A DNA stretch of 32,000 bases from Crocosphaera subtropica ATCC 51142 (GCF_000017845.1 NC_010546.1:990001-1022000); one strand, 5' to 3'. Shown: positions 1 to 10,683, counted from the first letter of the stretch. Notes: generated by a model not told the origin, from the letters alone. A program made the numbers and translations.

Positions 1-1142
1 ACGCTTTTATTGCTAAGGATTACACCACCCAAGCAGCACTCTATACCCATCACCAGTACATCGCTGGCTTCTTGATGGTGGGTGCCTTTGCTCACGGTGC
101 TATCTTCTTCGTTCGTGATTACGATCCCGAAGCGAATAAAGATAACGTTTTAGCTCGGATGCTAGAACACAAAGAGGCCATTATTTCCCACTTAAGTTGG
201 GTGTCTCTGTTCCTCGGTTTCCACACCTTAGGGTTATACGTCCATAACGACGTTGTGGTTGCTTTTGGAACCCCTGAAAAGCAAATCTTAATTGAGCCTG
301 TGTTTGCTCAATGGATTCAAGCGGCTCACGGTAAAGCGTTATACGGATTTGATGTACTTCTGTCTAATCCTGATAGTATTGCTTCTACCGCTTATCCTAA
401 CTACGGCAATGTTTGGTTACCTGGCTGGTTAGATGCGATCAACAGTGGCACGAACTCTTTGTTCTTAACCATTGGACCTGGAGACTTCTTAGTTCACCAT
501 GCGATCGCCCTTGGTTTACATACCACCACCTTAATCTTAGTTAAGGGTGCATTAGATGCACGGGGTTCTAAATTAATGCCCGATAAAAAAGACTTCGGTT
601 ACTCCTTCCCTTGTGACGGTCCTGGCCGCGGTGGTACTTGTGACATCTCTGCTTGGGATGCTTTTTACCTCGCTATGTTCTGGATGTTGAACACCTTGGG
701 CTGGTTAACTTTCTACTGGCATTGGAAGCATTTAGGAGTTTGGACGGGCAACGTTGCTCAGTTCAATGAAAACTCCACCTACCTCATGGGCTGGTTCCGT
801 GACTATCTCTGGGCGAACTCTGCTCAGTTGATCAACGGTTACAACCCTTATGGTGTAAATAACCTCTCTGTCTGGGCTTGGATGTTCTTATTTGGACACT
901 TGGTTTGGGCAACTGGGTTTATGTTCCTCATCTCTTGGCGTGGATATTGGCAAGAGTTGATTGAAACCATCGTTTGGGCCCATGAACGGACACCGTTAGC
1001 GAACTTAGTTCGTTGGAAAGATAAGCCGGTGGCTCTTTCTATCGTTCAAGCTCGTTTAGTTGGTTTAGCTCACTTTACCGTGGGTTATGTGCTGACTTAT
1101 GCGGCGTTCCTCATCGCTTCTACTGCAGGTAAGTTTGGTTAA
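1..1142 (+). CDS. psaB: Photosystem I P700 chlorophyll a apoprotein A2 (PsaB), 5'-truncated by the window edge
   Basis: The frame is open from nt 3 ([32 protein letters not shown]...), so the gene starts upstream of the window. It contains the Fx cluster loop [15 protein letters not shown] (about nt 604-648). The C-terminus [16 protein letters not shown] is characteristic of PsaB rather than PsaA. Confidence 0.97.
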   Translation, partial: AFIAKDYTTQAALYTHHQYIAGFLMVGAFAHGAIFFVRDYDPEANKDNVLARMLEHKEAIISHLSWVSLFLGFHTLGLYVHNDVVVAFGTPEKQILIEPVFAQWIQAAHGKALYGFDVLLSNPDSIASTAYPNYGNVWLPGWLDAINSGTNSLFLTIGPGDFLVHHAIALGLHTTTLILVKGALDARGSKLMPDKKDFGYSFPCDGPGRGGTCDISAWDAFYLAMFWMLNTLGWLTFYWHWKHLGVWTGNVAQFNENSTYLMGWFRDYLWANSAQLINGYNPYGVNNLSVWAWMFLFGHLVWATGFMFLISWRGYWQELIETIVWAHERTPLANLVRWKDKPVALSIVQARLVGLAHFTVGYVLTYAAFLIASTAGKFG

Positions 1143-1175
1143 GAAACTTCCTAGTTAGCATGAGATAATAAATCC

Positions 1176-1205
1176 GTCCCCTGCCTTTCGGTGGGGGATT
1201 TTATT
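1176..1205 (+). terminator. Rho-independent terminator candidate after psaB
   Basis: Stem 1177-1185 pairs with 1190-1198 (tccccTGCC / GGTgggga, 9 bp including 2 G-U). The loop is tttc and ttttatt follows. Confidence 0.6.
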
Positions 1206-1340
1206 ATCTGTAAATCAAAAAAATTATCTTCAGAAGCTAGGAATATTCAAACAAAATCAGTTACGTTATCAACAACCTCAAAAATTTGAAAACGATATTT
1301 TCAAAAATGTTTGAGATGATATGTAGAAGGATGACCCGTA

Positions 1341-2297
1341 ATGACTCAATACTTAATTAAACGCTTATTAATCGCTGTACCCACTCTGATTGCTATTAGT
1401 TTAGTTTTGTTTACTATCTTAGCATTAGCTCCAGGAGATCCCCTGGGAGAATTTGCCTCGAACCCTTCTATTACTGAAGAAGTTAGGGAAAACATTCGTA
1501 AAACCTTAGGACTGGATCAACCCATTCATATCCGTTATATTAAATGGTTTTTTGCCTTTATCAGAGGAGATTTAGGCTATTCTTTTACCAGTCGTAGTCC
1601 TGTTTTAAACCTTATATTACAACGTTTACCTACAACTTTATGGGTGGTAGGAACTGCTTATATATTCAGTGTTTTGATTGCTTTTCCTTTGGGGGTACTT
1701 TCTGCCATTAAACGCTATTCTTGGTTAGATCAAATCGTCACAACCTTTGCATTTTTAGGTTATTCTTTACCTACTTTTTTAACAGGATTATTATTAATTG
1801 TTATCTTTAGTGTTCAATTAAAATGGTTTCCTTTTATTTATAACAGTACCCTAAAAGTTACGAATTTTTCTACTTTTGTCGAACAAGTTAAACAGTCTAT
1901 AATGCCAATTGCTGTCTTAGCTTTATATCAATCTGCTGTTTTAATGCGCTTCATTCGTTCAGCTATTTTAGATGAATTGACCCATGATTATGTTCGGACA
2001 GCACAAGCCAAAGGATTAAACAATTGGGCTATTTTAAAAAATCATATTGTTCGCAATGCTTTAATTCCTGTTGTCACGTTAATTGCCCTAGATATTCCTA
2101 CTATTTTTACTGGTGCATTAGTAACAGAACAAATCTTTAGGGTACCAGGAATAGGGGCATTATTAATTGATTCAATTTATCGTAGTGATACCCCTGTTAT
2201 TATGGGCATCACCTTTATTTATGGCATTTTAATTGTTATTTTCAATCTGATTGCTGATTTAACCTATGGGTTTCTTGATCCTAGAGTTAAATATTAA
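1341..2297 (+). CDS. ABC transporter permease, DppB/OppB (peptide/nickel) family
   Basis: 318 aa. The N-terminus MTQYLIKRLL is typical of the family, there are about 6 hydrophobic spans, and the protein ends in DPRVKY. No partner ABC genes are adjacent. Confidence 0.88.
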   Translation: MTQYLIKRLLIAVPTLIAISLVLFTILALAPGDPLGEFASNPSITEEVRENIRKTLGLDQPIHIRYIKWFFAFIRGDLGYSFTSRSPVLNLILQRLPTTLWVVGTAYIFSVLIAFPLGVLSAIKRYSWLDQIVTTFAFLGYSLPTFLTGLLLIVIFSVQLKWFPFIYNSTLKVTNFSTFVEQVKQSIMPIAVLALYQSAVLMRFIRSAILDELTHDYVRTAQAKGLNNWAILKNHIVRNALIPVVTLIALDIPTIFTGALVTEQIFRVPGIGALLIDSIYRSDTPVIMGITFIYGILIVIFNLIADLTYGFLDPRVKY

Positions 2298-2432
2298 GAA
2301 AATGTGGAGATAGGAATATAATATTTAGGATGTCGTTACAAAGACTAACGTAAAGATATTTATCAAAACCTGTGAATTTGCACTCATTTCTTTCAATAAT
2401 ATAGACAGGACAGTAAAGGAGCAAATTCTAAC

Positions 2433-2942
2433 ATGAATGCCTTATCTAATCGTCGTTGGAAGTTTCTTAGCTGGACAACTGTTGTGATGTTTTCTCTTGG
2501 TTTCTGGCTAAGCAGTAGTATCCTTCTTGATTGTGTTGTCATTCCAGGTTTATCCTTATCAGGAATGATGAATGAGGGAGGGTTTGCCAGTGCGGGTTTT
2601 ATTATTTTTGGATTATTCAACCGCATTGAATTAGTGTGTGCAGCTATTGTTTTAACGGGATTTTTAATTTTCCGTCGTCATCATCTTCTTATTCATCTTC
2701 AGGAACGCTGGTCAGTCATTTTAGCCAGTGTTTTGCTTGGTATTGCTTTGATTTATACTTATTTCTTAACCCCAGAATTAAGTGCTTTTGGTTTAGAAAT
2801 TAATCCTTTTGAAGCAACCAACACTATGCCTTCTGCTATGATTTCTCTGCATTGGAGTTATTGGGTATTAGAAGTCATAAAATTTGCTATGGGATTCACC
2901 TTACTGCGCTGGTGTTATCGAGATTCCTGTGAATTAAAGTAA
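2433..2942 (+). CDS. Hypothetical multi-pass membrane protein
   Basis: 169 aa with about 4 hydrophobic segments. A terminator-like hairpin lies downstream. I do not recognise the family. Confidence 0.6.
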   Translation: MNALSNRRWKFLSWTTVVMFSLGFWLSSSILLDCVVIPGLSLSGMMNEGGFASAGFIIFGLFNRIELVCAAIVLTGFLIFRRHHLLIHLQERWSVILASVLLGIALIYTYFLTPELSAFGLEINPFEATNTMPSAMISLHWSYWVLEVIKFAMGFTLLRWCYRDSCELK

Positions 2943-2970
2943 ATTGAACAATACAATTAAGTAATTATTG

Positions 2971-2996
2971 CCTCCCATTTTGGGGGGATTTTTTAT
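2971..2996 (+). terminator. Rho-independent terminator candidate
   Basis: cctccc-atttt-gggggg hairpin followed by attttttatt. Confidence 0.5.
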
Positions 2997-3046
2997 TCTA
3001 AAATATAGCAACAGTTACTGTAGGGTGTCCATTGCCCACCTTATAC

Positions 3047-3085
3047 CAATTCTCTTTATTGACAATAGTGATTATTAGGTGAGGT
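3047..3085 (+). repeat. Dispersed repeat family, copy A (core only)
   Basis: caattctctttattGacaatagTgattattagGtgagg matches the cores at 13768-13805 and 22343-22377 with a few substitutions. Confidence 0.65.
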
Positions 3086-3207
3086 TTTGTAATAACCGCC
3101 ATATCATCAAATTCTCAGATAACTTAAGTAACTCTTATTTTTAACTCAGAATTCAATCATATCCTTTTCATATAACTTCCCCATACTAAGAATAACGAAA
3201 CAAAGCA

Positions 3208-3567
3208 ATGGAGTTATTAATGATGAAAGGATTTATTATTACTGGTTTATCTTCTCTGGTTTTAGGTAGTTTTTTCACTCCTGTTCATGCAAATGAAATC
3301 ATGGCAGTTAATTCTACTGTAGAACAAAATCAAATTTCTTATTTATCCCCCATTAACTTAGTAAGTCACGGAAGAGGTGGTACTTTTAGGGAACAAGGAA
3401 TCCCCAGTCATATTCAATTTAGTTTAGCGATTAAATCGGGTAAAGTTGATGCTGAATCTTTAGTTCAAGCTGCTGTGGAAGCTGGACGTTTATCTTCTGA
3501 AACCCTTAATAATTCAAATTATTTATCGAATGTTCAATTTGAGTTATCTCAAGTTAATAATGATTGA
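3208..3567 (+). CDS. Hypothetical secreted protein
   Basis: 119 aa. The N-terminal hydrophobic signal-like segment (GFIITGLSSLVLGSFFTPVHA/NE) ends in an AxA-like cleavage context. No family recognised. Confidence 0.55.
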   Translation: MELLMMKGFIITGLSSLVLGSFFTPVHANEIMAVNSTVEQNQISYLSPINLVSHGRGGTFREQGIPSHIQFSLAIKSGKVDAESLVQAAVEAGRLSSETLNNSNYLSNVQFELSQVNND

Positions 3568-3624
3568 TTGTTTTCACATCATTCTCTCATTACTGTAACA
3601 GACTAATATCTTTTTAATCTTGAG

Positions 3625-3662
3625 TCCTACTATTTTCTAATTGATTGAAAATAGTAGGATTT
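3625..3662 (+). terminator. Hairpin / terminator candidate
   Basis: Perfect 13-bp inverted repeat: tcctactattttc (3625-3637) and gaaaatagtagga (3647-3659). Only ttt follows it. Confidence 0.5.
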
Positions 3663-3770
3663 ACGTTAAGAAAATAAGATGGATATTACTTAAAATTTTC
3701 TTATAAAATTTTCCATTTTTCTAAGTATTTTTATTTCTATTTTGGGCTTCGATTCTATCATAACTCTCAG

Positions 3771-3796
3771 CAAAAAGGGTGAGACTTGCCCACCCC
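3771..3796 (-). terminator. Rho-independent terminator candidate for petH
   Basis: On the minus strand: ggggtgggcaagtctcaccc, then tttttg, starting about 30 nt after the petH stop. Confidence 0.6.
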
Positions 3797-3826
3797 TTGC
3801 TTGTACATTCAAAATAACGCTGAAAT

Positions 3827-5053
<1,227 letters not shown>

Positions 5054-5524
5054 CTATCTCTCCTGAATTTATGTTACATATCATAACTGCTCTATTTAGC
5101 CTACCATCGGGTGGTAATCTTAAAAATACAGTGTTATAAATTGCTTAATCAAGAGGGGAAACCTTCAATCAGATCAGTGCGTTCATAGAGCATAACGAAA
5201 TTATCTGTAAAAATCTGTTAAACTTGCATCAGTTTTAGATTTTTTTCCAACAACGGTTTTTGGAACATTTTTAGAACATTGATTGACGATAAATGCCTTG
5301 TCTCTTGTGAAGAGTGATGTCGGTCTGGTAAAATCCATTGTCAGTATTTAATACGTATCTGGATCTTGTTAGGATCTCGTCAACTTTGGGGTTACAAAAC
5401 AGAGTCATGACTCTGCAAAAAATTTTACCCAATAATTGACCAATAATGCTCCCTTTATGGGAGACTTTAATGACAAGGTAATGAAACCGGGTTAACAATT
5501 CTGTTTTGCATTTAGAGGGAAGCT
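5054..5524. promoter_or_regulatory. Divergent petH / prk intergenic control region
   Basis: A 471-nt spacer separates two divergently oriented, highly expressed genes. The same petH-prk arrangement with a shared divergent operator is described for Synechocystis PCC 6803. I could not place individual promoter elements. Confidence 0.5.
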
Positions 5525-6523
5525 ATGACCACAAATTTAGACCGCGTGGTTCTTATTGCAGTTGCCGGAGACTCCGGTTGCGGTAAATCTACTTTTTTAC
5601 GTCGTTTAACCGATTTATTTGGTGAAGAGTTTATGACGGTCATCTGTTTGGATGACTATCACAGTTTAGACCGCAAAGGAAGAAAAGCAGCCGGTGTGAC
5701 TGCTTTAAATCCTAAAGCGAATAATTTTGATTTGATGTACGAGCAAATTAAGGCTCTAAAATCAGGTCAAGCCATTGATAAACCTATTTATAATCACGAA
5801 ACGGGAGAACTTGATCCCCCTGAACGGGTCGAACCTAATAAGGTAGTGGTCATTGAAGGATTACACCCTTTATTTGATGAGAGAGTTCGTGAATTGGTTG
5901 ATTTTGGGGTTTATCTCGATATCAGTGATGAAGTTAAAATTAACTGGAAAATTCAACGGGATATGGCAGAAAGGGGACATTCTTATGAGGATGTCTTAGC
6001 CTCTATTAATGCGAGAAAGCCTGATTTTACGGCTTATATCGAACCTCAAAAACAATACGCTGATGTGGTGATTCAAGTCTTACCCACTCAGTTAATTGAA
6101 GACCACGAAAGTAAATTATTACGGGTTCGTTTGGTTCAAAAAGAAGGTGTTGCTAACTTTGAACCCGCTTACTTATTCGATGAAGGATCGACCATTGACT
6201 GGCGGCCCTGTGGACGTAAGTTAACTTGTGCTTATCCTGGTATCAAGATGTACTATGGCCCTGATAACTTCATGGGTAATGAAGTGTCTATCCTAGAAGT
6301 AGATGGTCAATTCGATAACCTCGAAGAAATGATCTACATCGAAAGTCATCTGAGTAAGACTGGAACCAAATATTATGGTGAGATGACCGAACTTTTACTA
6401 CAACATAAAGACTATCCTGGTTCTACTAATGGAACTGGTTTATTCCAGGTGTTAGTCGGTCTCAAAATGAGAGAAACCTATGAAAAGTTAACGGCAGATC
6501 AACAAGTTCCTGCTCAAGTTTAA
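5525..6523 (+). CDS. prk: Phosphoribulokinase
   Basis: 332 aa. The P-loop is VAGDSGCGKSTF, and the protein resembles cyanobacterial/plant-type PRK along its full length (ICLDDYHSLDR, VIEGLHP...). Confidence 0.96.
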   Translation: MTTNLDRVVLIAVAGDSGCGKSTFLRRLTDLFGEEFMTVICLDDYHSLDRKGRKAAGVTALNPKANNFDLMYEQIKALKSGQAIDKPIYNHETGELDPPERVEPNKVVVIEGLHPLFDERVRELVDFGVYLDISDEVKINWKIQRDMAERGHSYEDVLASINARKPDFTAYIEPQKQYADVVIQVLPTQLIEDHESKLLRVRLVQKEGVANFEPAYLFDEGSTIDWRPCGRKLTCAYPGIKMYYGPDNFMGNEVSILEVDGQFDNLEEMIYIESHLSKTGTKYYGEMTELLLQHKDYPGSTNGTGLFQVLVGLKMRETYEKLTADQQVPAQV

Positions 6524-6549
6524 TTAGTAAATTCCATTCATCTAAAAAC

Positions 6550-6583
6550 CGTGAGAAAAATTCGTTTTTCTCACGATTTTTTG
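6550..6583 (+). terminator. Rho-independent terminator of prk
   Basis: Perfect 11-bp stem, cgtgagaaaaa (6550-6560) with tttttctcacg (6565-6575). The loop is ttcg and attttttg follows. Confidence 0.8.
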
Positions 6584-6627
6584 TGCCAAAAATAAGTGCA
6601 AAACCCATATCTTGCACTTTTGATTCA

Positions 6628-6660
6628 ATTAGCTAGTTTGTAAGCGTTCAGCTATCAGCC
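6628..6660 (+). repeat. 34-nt dispersed repeat, copy 1
   Basis: aattagctagtttGtaagcgttcagctatcagcC equals the reverse complement of 31367-31400 with 2 mismatches. Confidence 0.7.
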
Positions 6661-6846
6661 TAGGTGCGCTTTCCAATGCGCTGTGTGACGGCACTTGGGT
6701 CGCACCTCAGCCATCAACTTCAAACTAACCTTGAACATGAATATTGTATGACATCAATTCCGGATAAGCTCAAAGGTTAATAAAATCGTTCCCTAAAACC
6801 CCCATTATTTCGTTGCATATGCTCTAACTCCGTTGCGTAGCACGAC

Positions 6847-6880
6847 GTAGTTGCACTCCGAACTCCTAACTCCGAACTCA
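6847..6880 (+). repeat. STRR-like heptamer tract (AACTCCG family)
   Basis: The tract reads gtagttgc ACTCCG AACTCCT AACTCCG AACTCA. A closely related tract lies in reverse orientation at 25519-25552. Confidence 0.7.
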
Positions 6881-7016
6881 GGTTGTCTGTGTTTATGGGC
6901 TTTAATTCATAAGAAACCCTATATTAATATATAATAATAAGTTATATATTTACGTTAACATGATTCCTGATTCTCGTGATTACAATAACTTGTAAACTTC
7001 AAATAAAAATAATCCA

Positions 7017-7493
7017 ATGGCAAAAGTAACAGAAAACGACCTAAAAAGATTAGAAGGCTTAATTATGAGTCGTTTTGATCAGTTAGAAGAAGGACAACGG
7101 ATTTTAGAGAATCGATTAAATTCTTTTGAGACAAGACAAACTACAATTAAAGAAGATATTGAACCCGTTATAGTAGGACAAAATAAACTCAAAGAAGATA
7201 TTAAAAACTTGAAAGCAGTAGACACGGAATTTCAAAGGGAAGTTAAAGAACAAATTAGCAAAATTACTATAGAAAAAACTGAACTTCAAGGAGACAAAAA
7301 AACCATTAATGCCAAACTGGATGGAGTAAGCGATCGCTTAAAAATAATAGAAACAGCGATAGCAAAAATTCCTGATCTCGCCGAAAAAGTTGGAGAATTG
7401 AAGTATTGGAGGCAGATAGTATACATTACATTAACAGCTATGATTAGCGGTTTTGTTGGCTGGTTAATTGGAGCAGGAAACTTCATTTTTTAA
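7017..7493 (+). CDS. Hypothetical tail-anchored coiled-coil protein
   Basis: 158 aa. About 130 aa are charged with heptad-like periodicity (LKRLEGL...LEEGQRILENRLNSFE...). A single C-terminal TM follows (IVYITLTAMISGFVGWLIGAG). The gene is AT-rich. Confidence 0.6.
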   Translation: MAKVTENDLKRLEGLIMSRFDQLEEGQRILENRLNSFETRQTTIKEDIEPVIVGQNKLKEDIKNLKAVDTEFQREVKEQISKITIEKTELQGDKKTINAKLDGVSDRLKIIETAIAKIPDLAEKVGELKYWRQIVYITLTAMISGFVGWLIGAGNFIF

Positions 7494-7543
7494 ACTATTT
7501 TGTAGGATAAGCACCTGGACAAAAATAAACGTTACTGTTAAGT

Positions 7544-7580
7544 GAGCGGGGGAGCGGGGAGAAGGGAGCAGGGAGAGGAG
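7544..7580 (+). repeat. Purine-rich heptamer tract (GGGAGCN family)
   Basis: gagcggg ggagcgg ggagaag ggagcag ggagagg ag. GAGC/GAGA recurs every 7 nt (once 8). It resembles the purine-rich tails of repeat copies B and C. Confidence 0.6.
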
Positions 7581-7705
7581 TTACGACTTATTTACCTTTT
7601 AGATTAAGGAGTTATCTTGACTAAAATATCCTAAAAGATCAAAGTAAATTTCCAGAAAACAAGTAATTTTTTTAGATTCAGTTTATACAAAAAACTCCAA
7701 AAACG

Positions 7706-7737
7706 CATAAAAATCTCCTTATAACCAATAAGGAGAC
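7706..7737 (-). terminator. Rho-independent terminator candidate for gdhA
   Basis: On the minus strand: tctcctta-ttggtta-taaggaga, followed by tttttat. Confidence 0.65.
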
Positions 7738-7778
7738 TTCTAAATTATTTTGGATTAAGATGACTTTATCTTGATAGG

Positions 7779-9071
7779 TTAATGATGGGAACCATTCAGA
7801 TAATAATCTCTCGTTCCTTTGGCATCTAATGCATCTCCTAAACGATTTAAAGCATGAATATAGGCAGAGGTTCGCATAGAAACCCCATCTTGTTGTGCGA
7901 TCGACCAAACTTGTTCCGCTTCTGTCATCATTTTGTCTTTCATTCGCTCATTAACTTCTGTCCTTGTCCAATACAAACCACTACGATTTTGTACCCATTC
8001 AAAATAACTCACCGTTACCCCTCCTGCGTTGACCAAAATATCAGGAAAAACATAGATGCCTTTGTCATCTAAAATAGAATCCGCTGAGGATGTAATCGGG
8101 CCATTAGCAACTTCAAAAATGAATTTTGCTTTGACATTATTAGCATTTTCTGCTGTTATTTGATTTTCTAAAGCAGCCGGAATTAAAACATCCACATCTA
8201 ACTCTAATAACTGCTCATTAGTGATACTTTCATGATCACCAATATTACAGACTGTATCTTCACAATAAATGGCTGTAATCCCTCGATGTTCTTTTTTATA
8301 GTTACGAATGCTGAGAATATCTAAACCATTTTCTGTATAAATTCCTCCTTTTGAGTCACTTACTGCCACCACTTTATAACCAGATTTTGCTAATAATTCC
8401 GCTACAACTCCCCCTGCTTTTCCAAATCCTTGCACCGCAACAGTTGTCTTTTCTGGTATCAATTCAAATTTAGGAAGAATGGTTTGAATCACATAATAAG
8501 CACCGGTTCCGGTGGCGGTATCTCTTCCTTGACTGCCTCCCATAGTGAGGGGTTTTCCTGTGACCACACCGGGGCTAATTTTTCGCTGGATAATGCTATA
8601 TTGGTCCATCATCCACCCCATGATCATTTGATTGGTATATACATCGGGGGCAAGGATATCAATATCTGGACCAATAAAGTCAGCGATCGCCTCAATATAA
8701 CCCCGACTCAGCCGTTCTAATTCTTGTTTTGATAACTCCTTGGGATTAAGGGTAATTCCCCCTTTTGCTCCCCCAAAGGGTAAGTTTAATAAGGCACATT
8801 TAAACGTCATCCAAAAGGCTAAAGATTGTACTTCATCCATGGTGACATTGGGATGATAACGAACTCCACCTTTTCCTGGTCCTCTGGTATCGTCATAGCG
8901 TACTCGATACCCTTGAAAAATCTTTAAAGAACCATCATCCATCCTAACAGGAATAGAAACACTTAAACTGGTTTTAGGATGCTTTAACCGTTCGCTGGCA
9001 TCCTCAGAAATTGACGTATATTTTAAGGCTTTTTCTAGCCTTGTACTAGCATCAGCAAGGAGTCCATTCAT
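7779..9071 (-). CDS. gdhA: Glutamate dehydrogenase (Glu/Leu/Phe/Val dehydrogenase family)
   Basis: 430 aa. The catalytic Lys region is LPFGGAKGGI, the dinucleotide fold is VAVQGFGKAGG, and the length is typical of bacterial GDH. Confidence 0.93.
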   Translation of the reverse strand: MNGLLADASTRLEKALKYTSISEDASERLKHPKTSLSVSIPVRMDDGSLKIFQGYRVRYDDTRGPGKGGVRYHPNVTMDEVQSLAFWMTFKCALLNLPFGGAKGGITLNPKELSKQELERLSRGYIEAIADFIGPDIDILAPDVYTNQMIMGWMMDQYSIIQRKISPGVVTGKPLTMGGSQGRDTATGTGAYYVIQTILPKFELIPEKTTVAVQGFGKAGGVVAELLAKSGYKVVAVSDSKGGIYTENGLDILSIRNYKKEHRGITAIYCEDTVCNIGDHESITNEQLLELDVDVLIPAALENQITAENANNVKAKFIFEVANGPITSSADSILDDKGIYVFPDILVNAGGVTVSYFEWVQNRSGLYWTRTEVNERMKDKMMTEAEQVWSIAQQDGVSMRTSAYIHALNRLGDALDAKGTRDYYLNGSHH

Positions 9072-9423
9072 AATTTTTTTATTCCTTTTATTTAAGAGAC
9101 GTTTATCAGAGAACTCTAGTAACGATGAATGAAAAACAACAGCCTCCTAACCTTCCTTGACTGACTCAATAAAGGAATATCATGCGGAACTTAAGACATG
9201 GAAACTGTTGCTAATTATCTTGGGTGAGTCTTTGTTAAATAAAATGACTGAAGCCATTATCTTTCAAGTCATACAATGGTGTGATCAATCAACAATATTT
9301 ACCAAAGATTTTTTTTCTTAATTAAATTTTAATATATTAAGATGAACCTTGTTAACCCAACTTAGCAATTATTTAATATTTGCAGTTTTTTGTAACAAAC
9401 TAGAAAAAAGGAAAGAGATTTTA

Positions 9424-10056
9424 TCAGTTTATTTTACGTAAATTTTCTAGTAATTGAGTCACTTTCAGTATATCTTTATCCCCAGGCGATCGCTCAACCC
9501 CACTGGATAAATCAATGCCATCAGGACTAAGACCCTCAAGAGCGTGTAAAACATTATCAGGGGTCAACCCTCCTGCTAAAAACCAAGGTCGACCAGGGTG
9601 AAAATTCCTGAGAAGATCCCAATTTAAGGTTTTACCCGTTCCTCCTAACTGGTGAGGATCATAAGCATCTAAAAGTAACGTATCAATCACCTCCACATAC
9701 TCACAGATGTTTACCAAAGACTTGCTCGTTTTAATTCTAAAAGCCTTAATAATTTCCAGATGAGGAAATAATTGCTTGACTTGGGTGCAAAACTCAGGGG
9801 TTTCTTCTCCATGAAGTTGTATGGCTGTTAATTGAGCCACTTTTAGAACTCCTTCAATATCTGTTAGACTGGCATTGGCAAAAACGCCGATGGAATCAAC
9901 CGTTGTCGGAAGGGTTTGAATAATGGGTTGAATTTTTTGAGCATTGATATAACGAGGCGATCGCTCAACACAAATAAACCCTAAAGCCGTCGCTCCTAAT
10001 GCTGCGATCGCTTGTCCTTGTTCGGCTTGAGTAATCCCACAAATTTTAACTCGCAT
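9424..10056 (-). CDS. trpF: N-(5'-phosphoribosyl)anthranilate isomerase
   Basis: 210 aa. It starts with MRVKICGIT, contains IQLHG and GGTGKT..W, and ends the barrel with LAGGLTPDNV. Confidence 0.93.
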   Translation of the reverse strand: MRVKICGITQAEQGQAIAALGATALGFICVERSPRYINAQKIQPIIQTLPTTVDSIGVFANASLTDIEGVLKVAQLTAIQLHGEETPEFCTQVKQLFPHLEIIKAFRIKTSKSLVNICEYVEVIDTLLLDAYDPHQLGGTGKTLNWDLLRNFHPGRPWFLAGGLTPDNVLHALEGLSPDGIDLSSGVERSPGDKDILKVTQLLENLRKIN

Positions 10057-10168
10057 TCTGTTTAGTTCCTAATAATTGTTAAGTATTCAAACAAAGTGAG
10101 ATTTTTCTAACAGAGATCCTTATAATGCCTTTTGTTTAGATTTATAGATTCAGACAGGAGTTAAACCC

Positions 10169-10444
10169 ATGCTCTCGAATATCATCATACTTGCTGAGGC
10201 CACTTCTGCACTCACAACCCCCTGGAATTTGTCTGTAGGGATGATTATGATTACCGCTAATCTATTTAGCTTTATTCTGGGTTATTTTGCCATCCAAAAA
10301 ACAGGTGCAGGGCCTGAACTTCCTTTACCTCAGTTAGCCTCAAAGAAGAAATTTGGACTCCCAGAATTATTGGCAACTGCTAGTTTTGGTCATATTATAG
10401 GGGCCGGAATTATACTGGGTTTATCTAATGCTGGTCTTCTGTAA
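10169..10444 (+). CDS. psaK: Photosystem I subunit PsaK
   Basis: 91 aa with two TM helices. The conserved C-terminal block is LLATASFGHIIGAGIILGL. AGGAG lies about 8 nt upstream of the ATG. Confidence 0.9.
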   Translation: MLSNIIILAEATSALTTPWNLSVGMIMITANLFSFILGYFAIQKTGAGPELPLPQLASKKKFGLPELLATASFGHIIGAGIILGLSNAGLL

Positions 10445-10514
10445 GGAAATCTTGACAGTGAACAGTAAAAAGAGGGAGTTAATGACTAATCTTTGTGGAT
10501 GAATTCCCCTATTT

Positions 10515-10562
10515 AACTGGTCAGTGATCACTGATAACTGATCACTGATAACTGGTCACTCA
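10515..10562. repeat. STRR-like heptamer tandem tract
   Basis: tcagtga tcactga taactga tcactga taactgg tcactca. The period is 7. It includes the perfect palindrome tcagtgatcactga. Confidence 0.75.
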
Positions 10563-10683
10563 TCCTTGTCTTACTCAATTTTTCCTAAGAATTCATTGTA
10601 TGGGCTTAACAACGATTTATTATAAGAATAAGTTTCAACACTGTATGAGCCTTTTTTGTTGAGGCATCAATAAATATACAGTT

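Noticed and set aside
501-508. Frequent GCGATCGC palindromes throughout coding regions. Examples are 501, 7330, 8683, 9486, 9957, 10004, 15736 and 16664.
   Set aside because: This is the well-known cyanobacterial HIP1 element. It helps assign the taxon but is not a new feature.
1341-2297. Orphan ABC permease without ATPase or substrate-binding partners, considered as a sign of a disrupted operon or pseudogene.
   Set aside because: The ORF is full-length and intact. Scattered ABC transporter components are common in cyanobacterial genomes.
2393-2626. 77-aa minus-strand ORF overlapping the start of the 2433-2942 membrane protein. Similar edge-overlapping ORFs are 7678-7908, 11187-11381 and 22450-22650.
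   Set aside because: They overlap better-supported genes or their upstream regions, and nothing supports them beyond an open frame.
5271-5498. 75-aa ORF on the minus strand in the petH/prk divergent spacer.
   Set aside because: No RBS, no recognisable motif, and an odd composition. It lies in a region expected to hold the promoters and leaders of two highly expressed genes. It is more likely non-coding.
10515-10562. Tandem short repeats considered as a possible CRISPR array. The same question applies to 6847-6880, 7544-7580 and 25519-25552.
   Set aside because: The units are 7 nt with no spacers, and no cas genes are present. These are STRR-type microsatellite-like tracts, not CRISPR.
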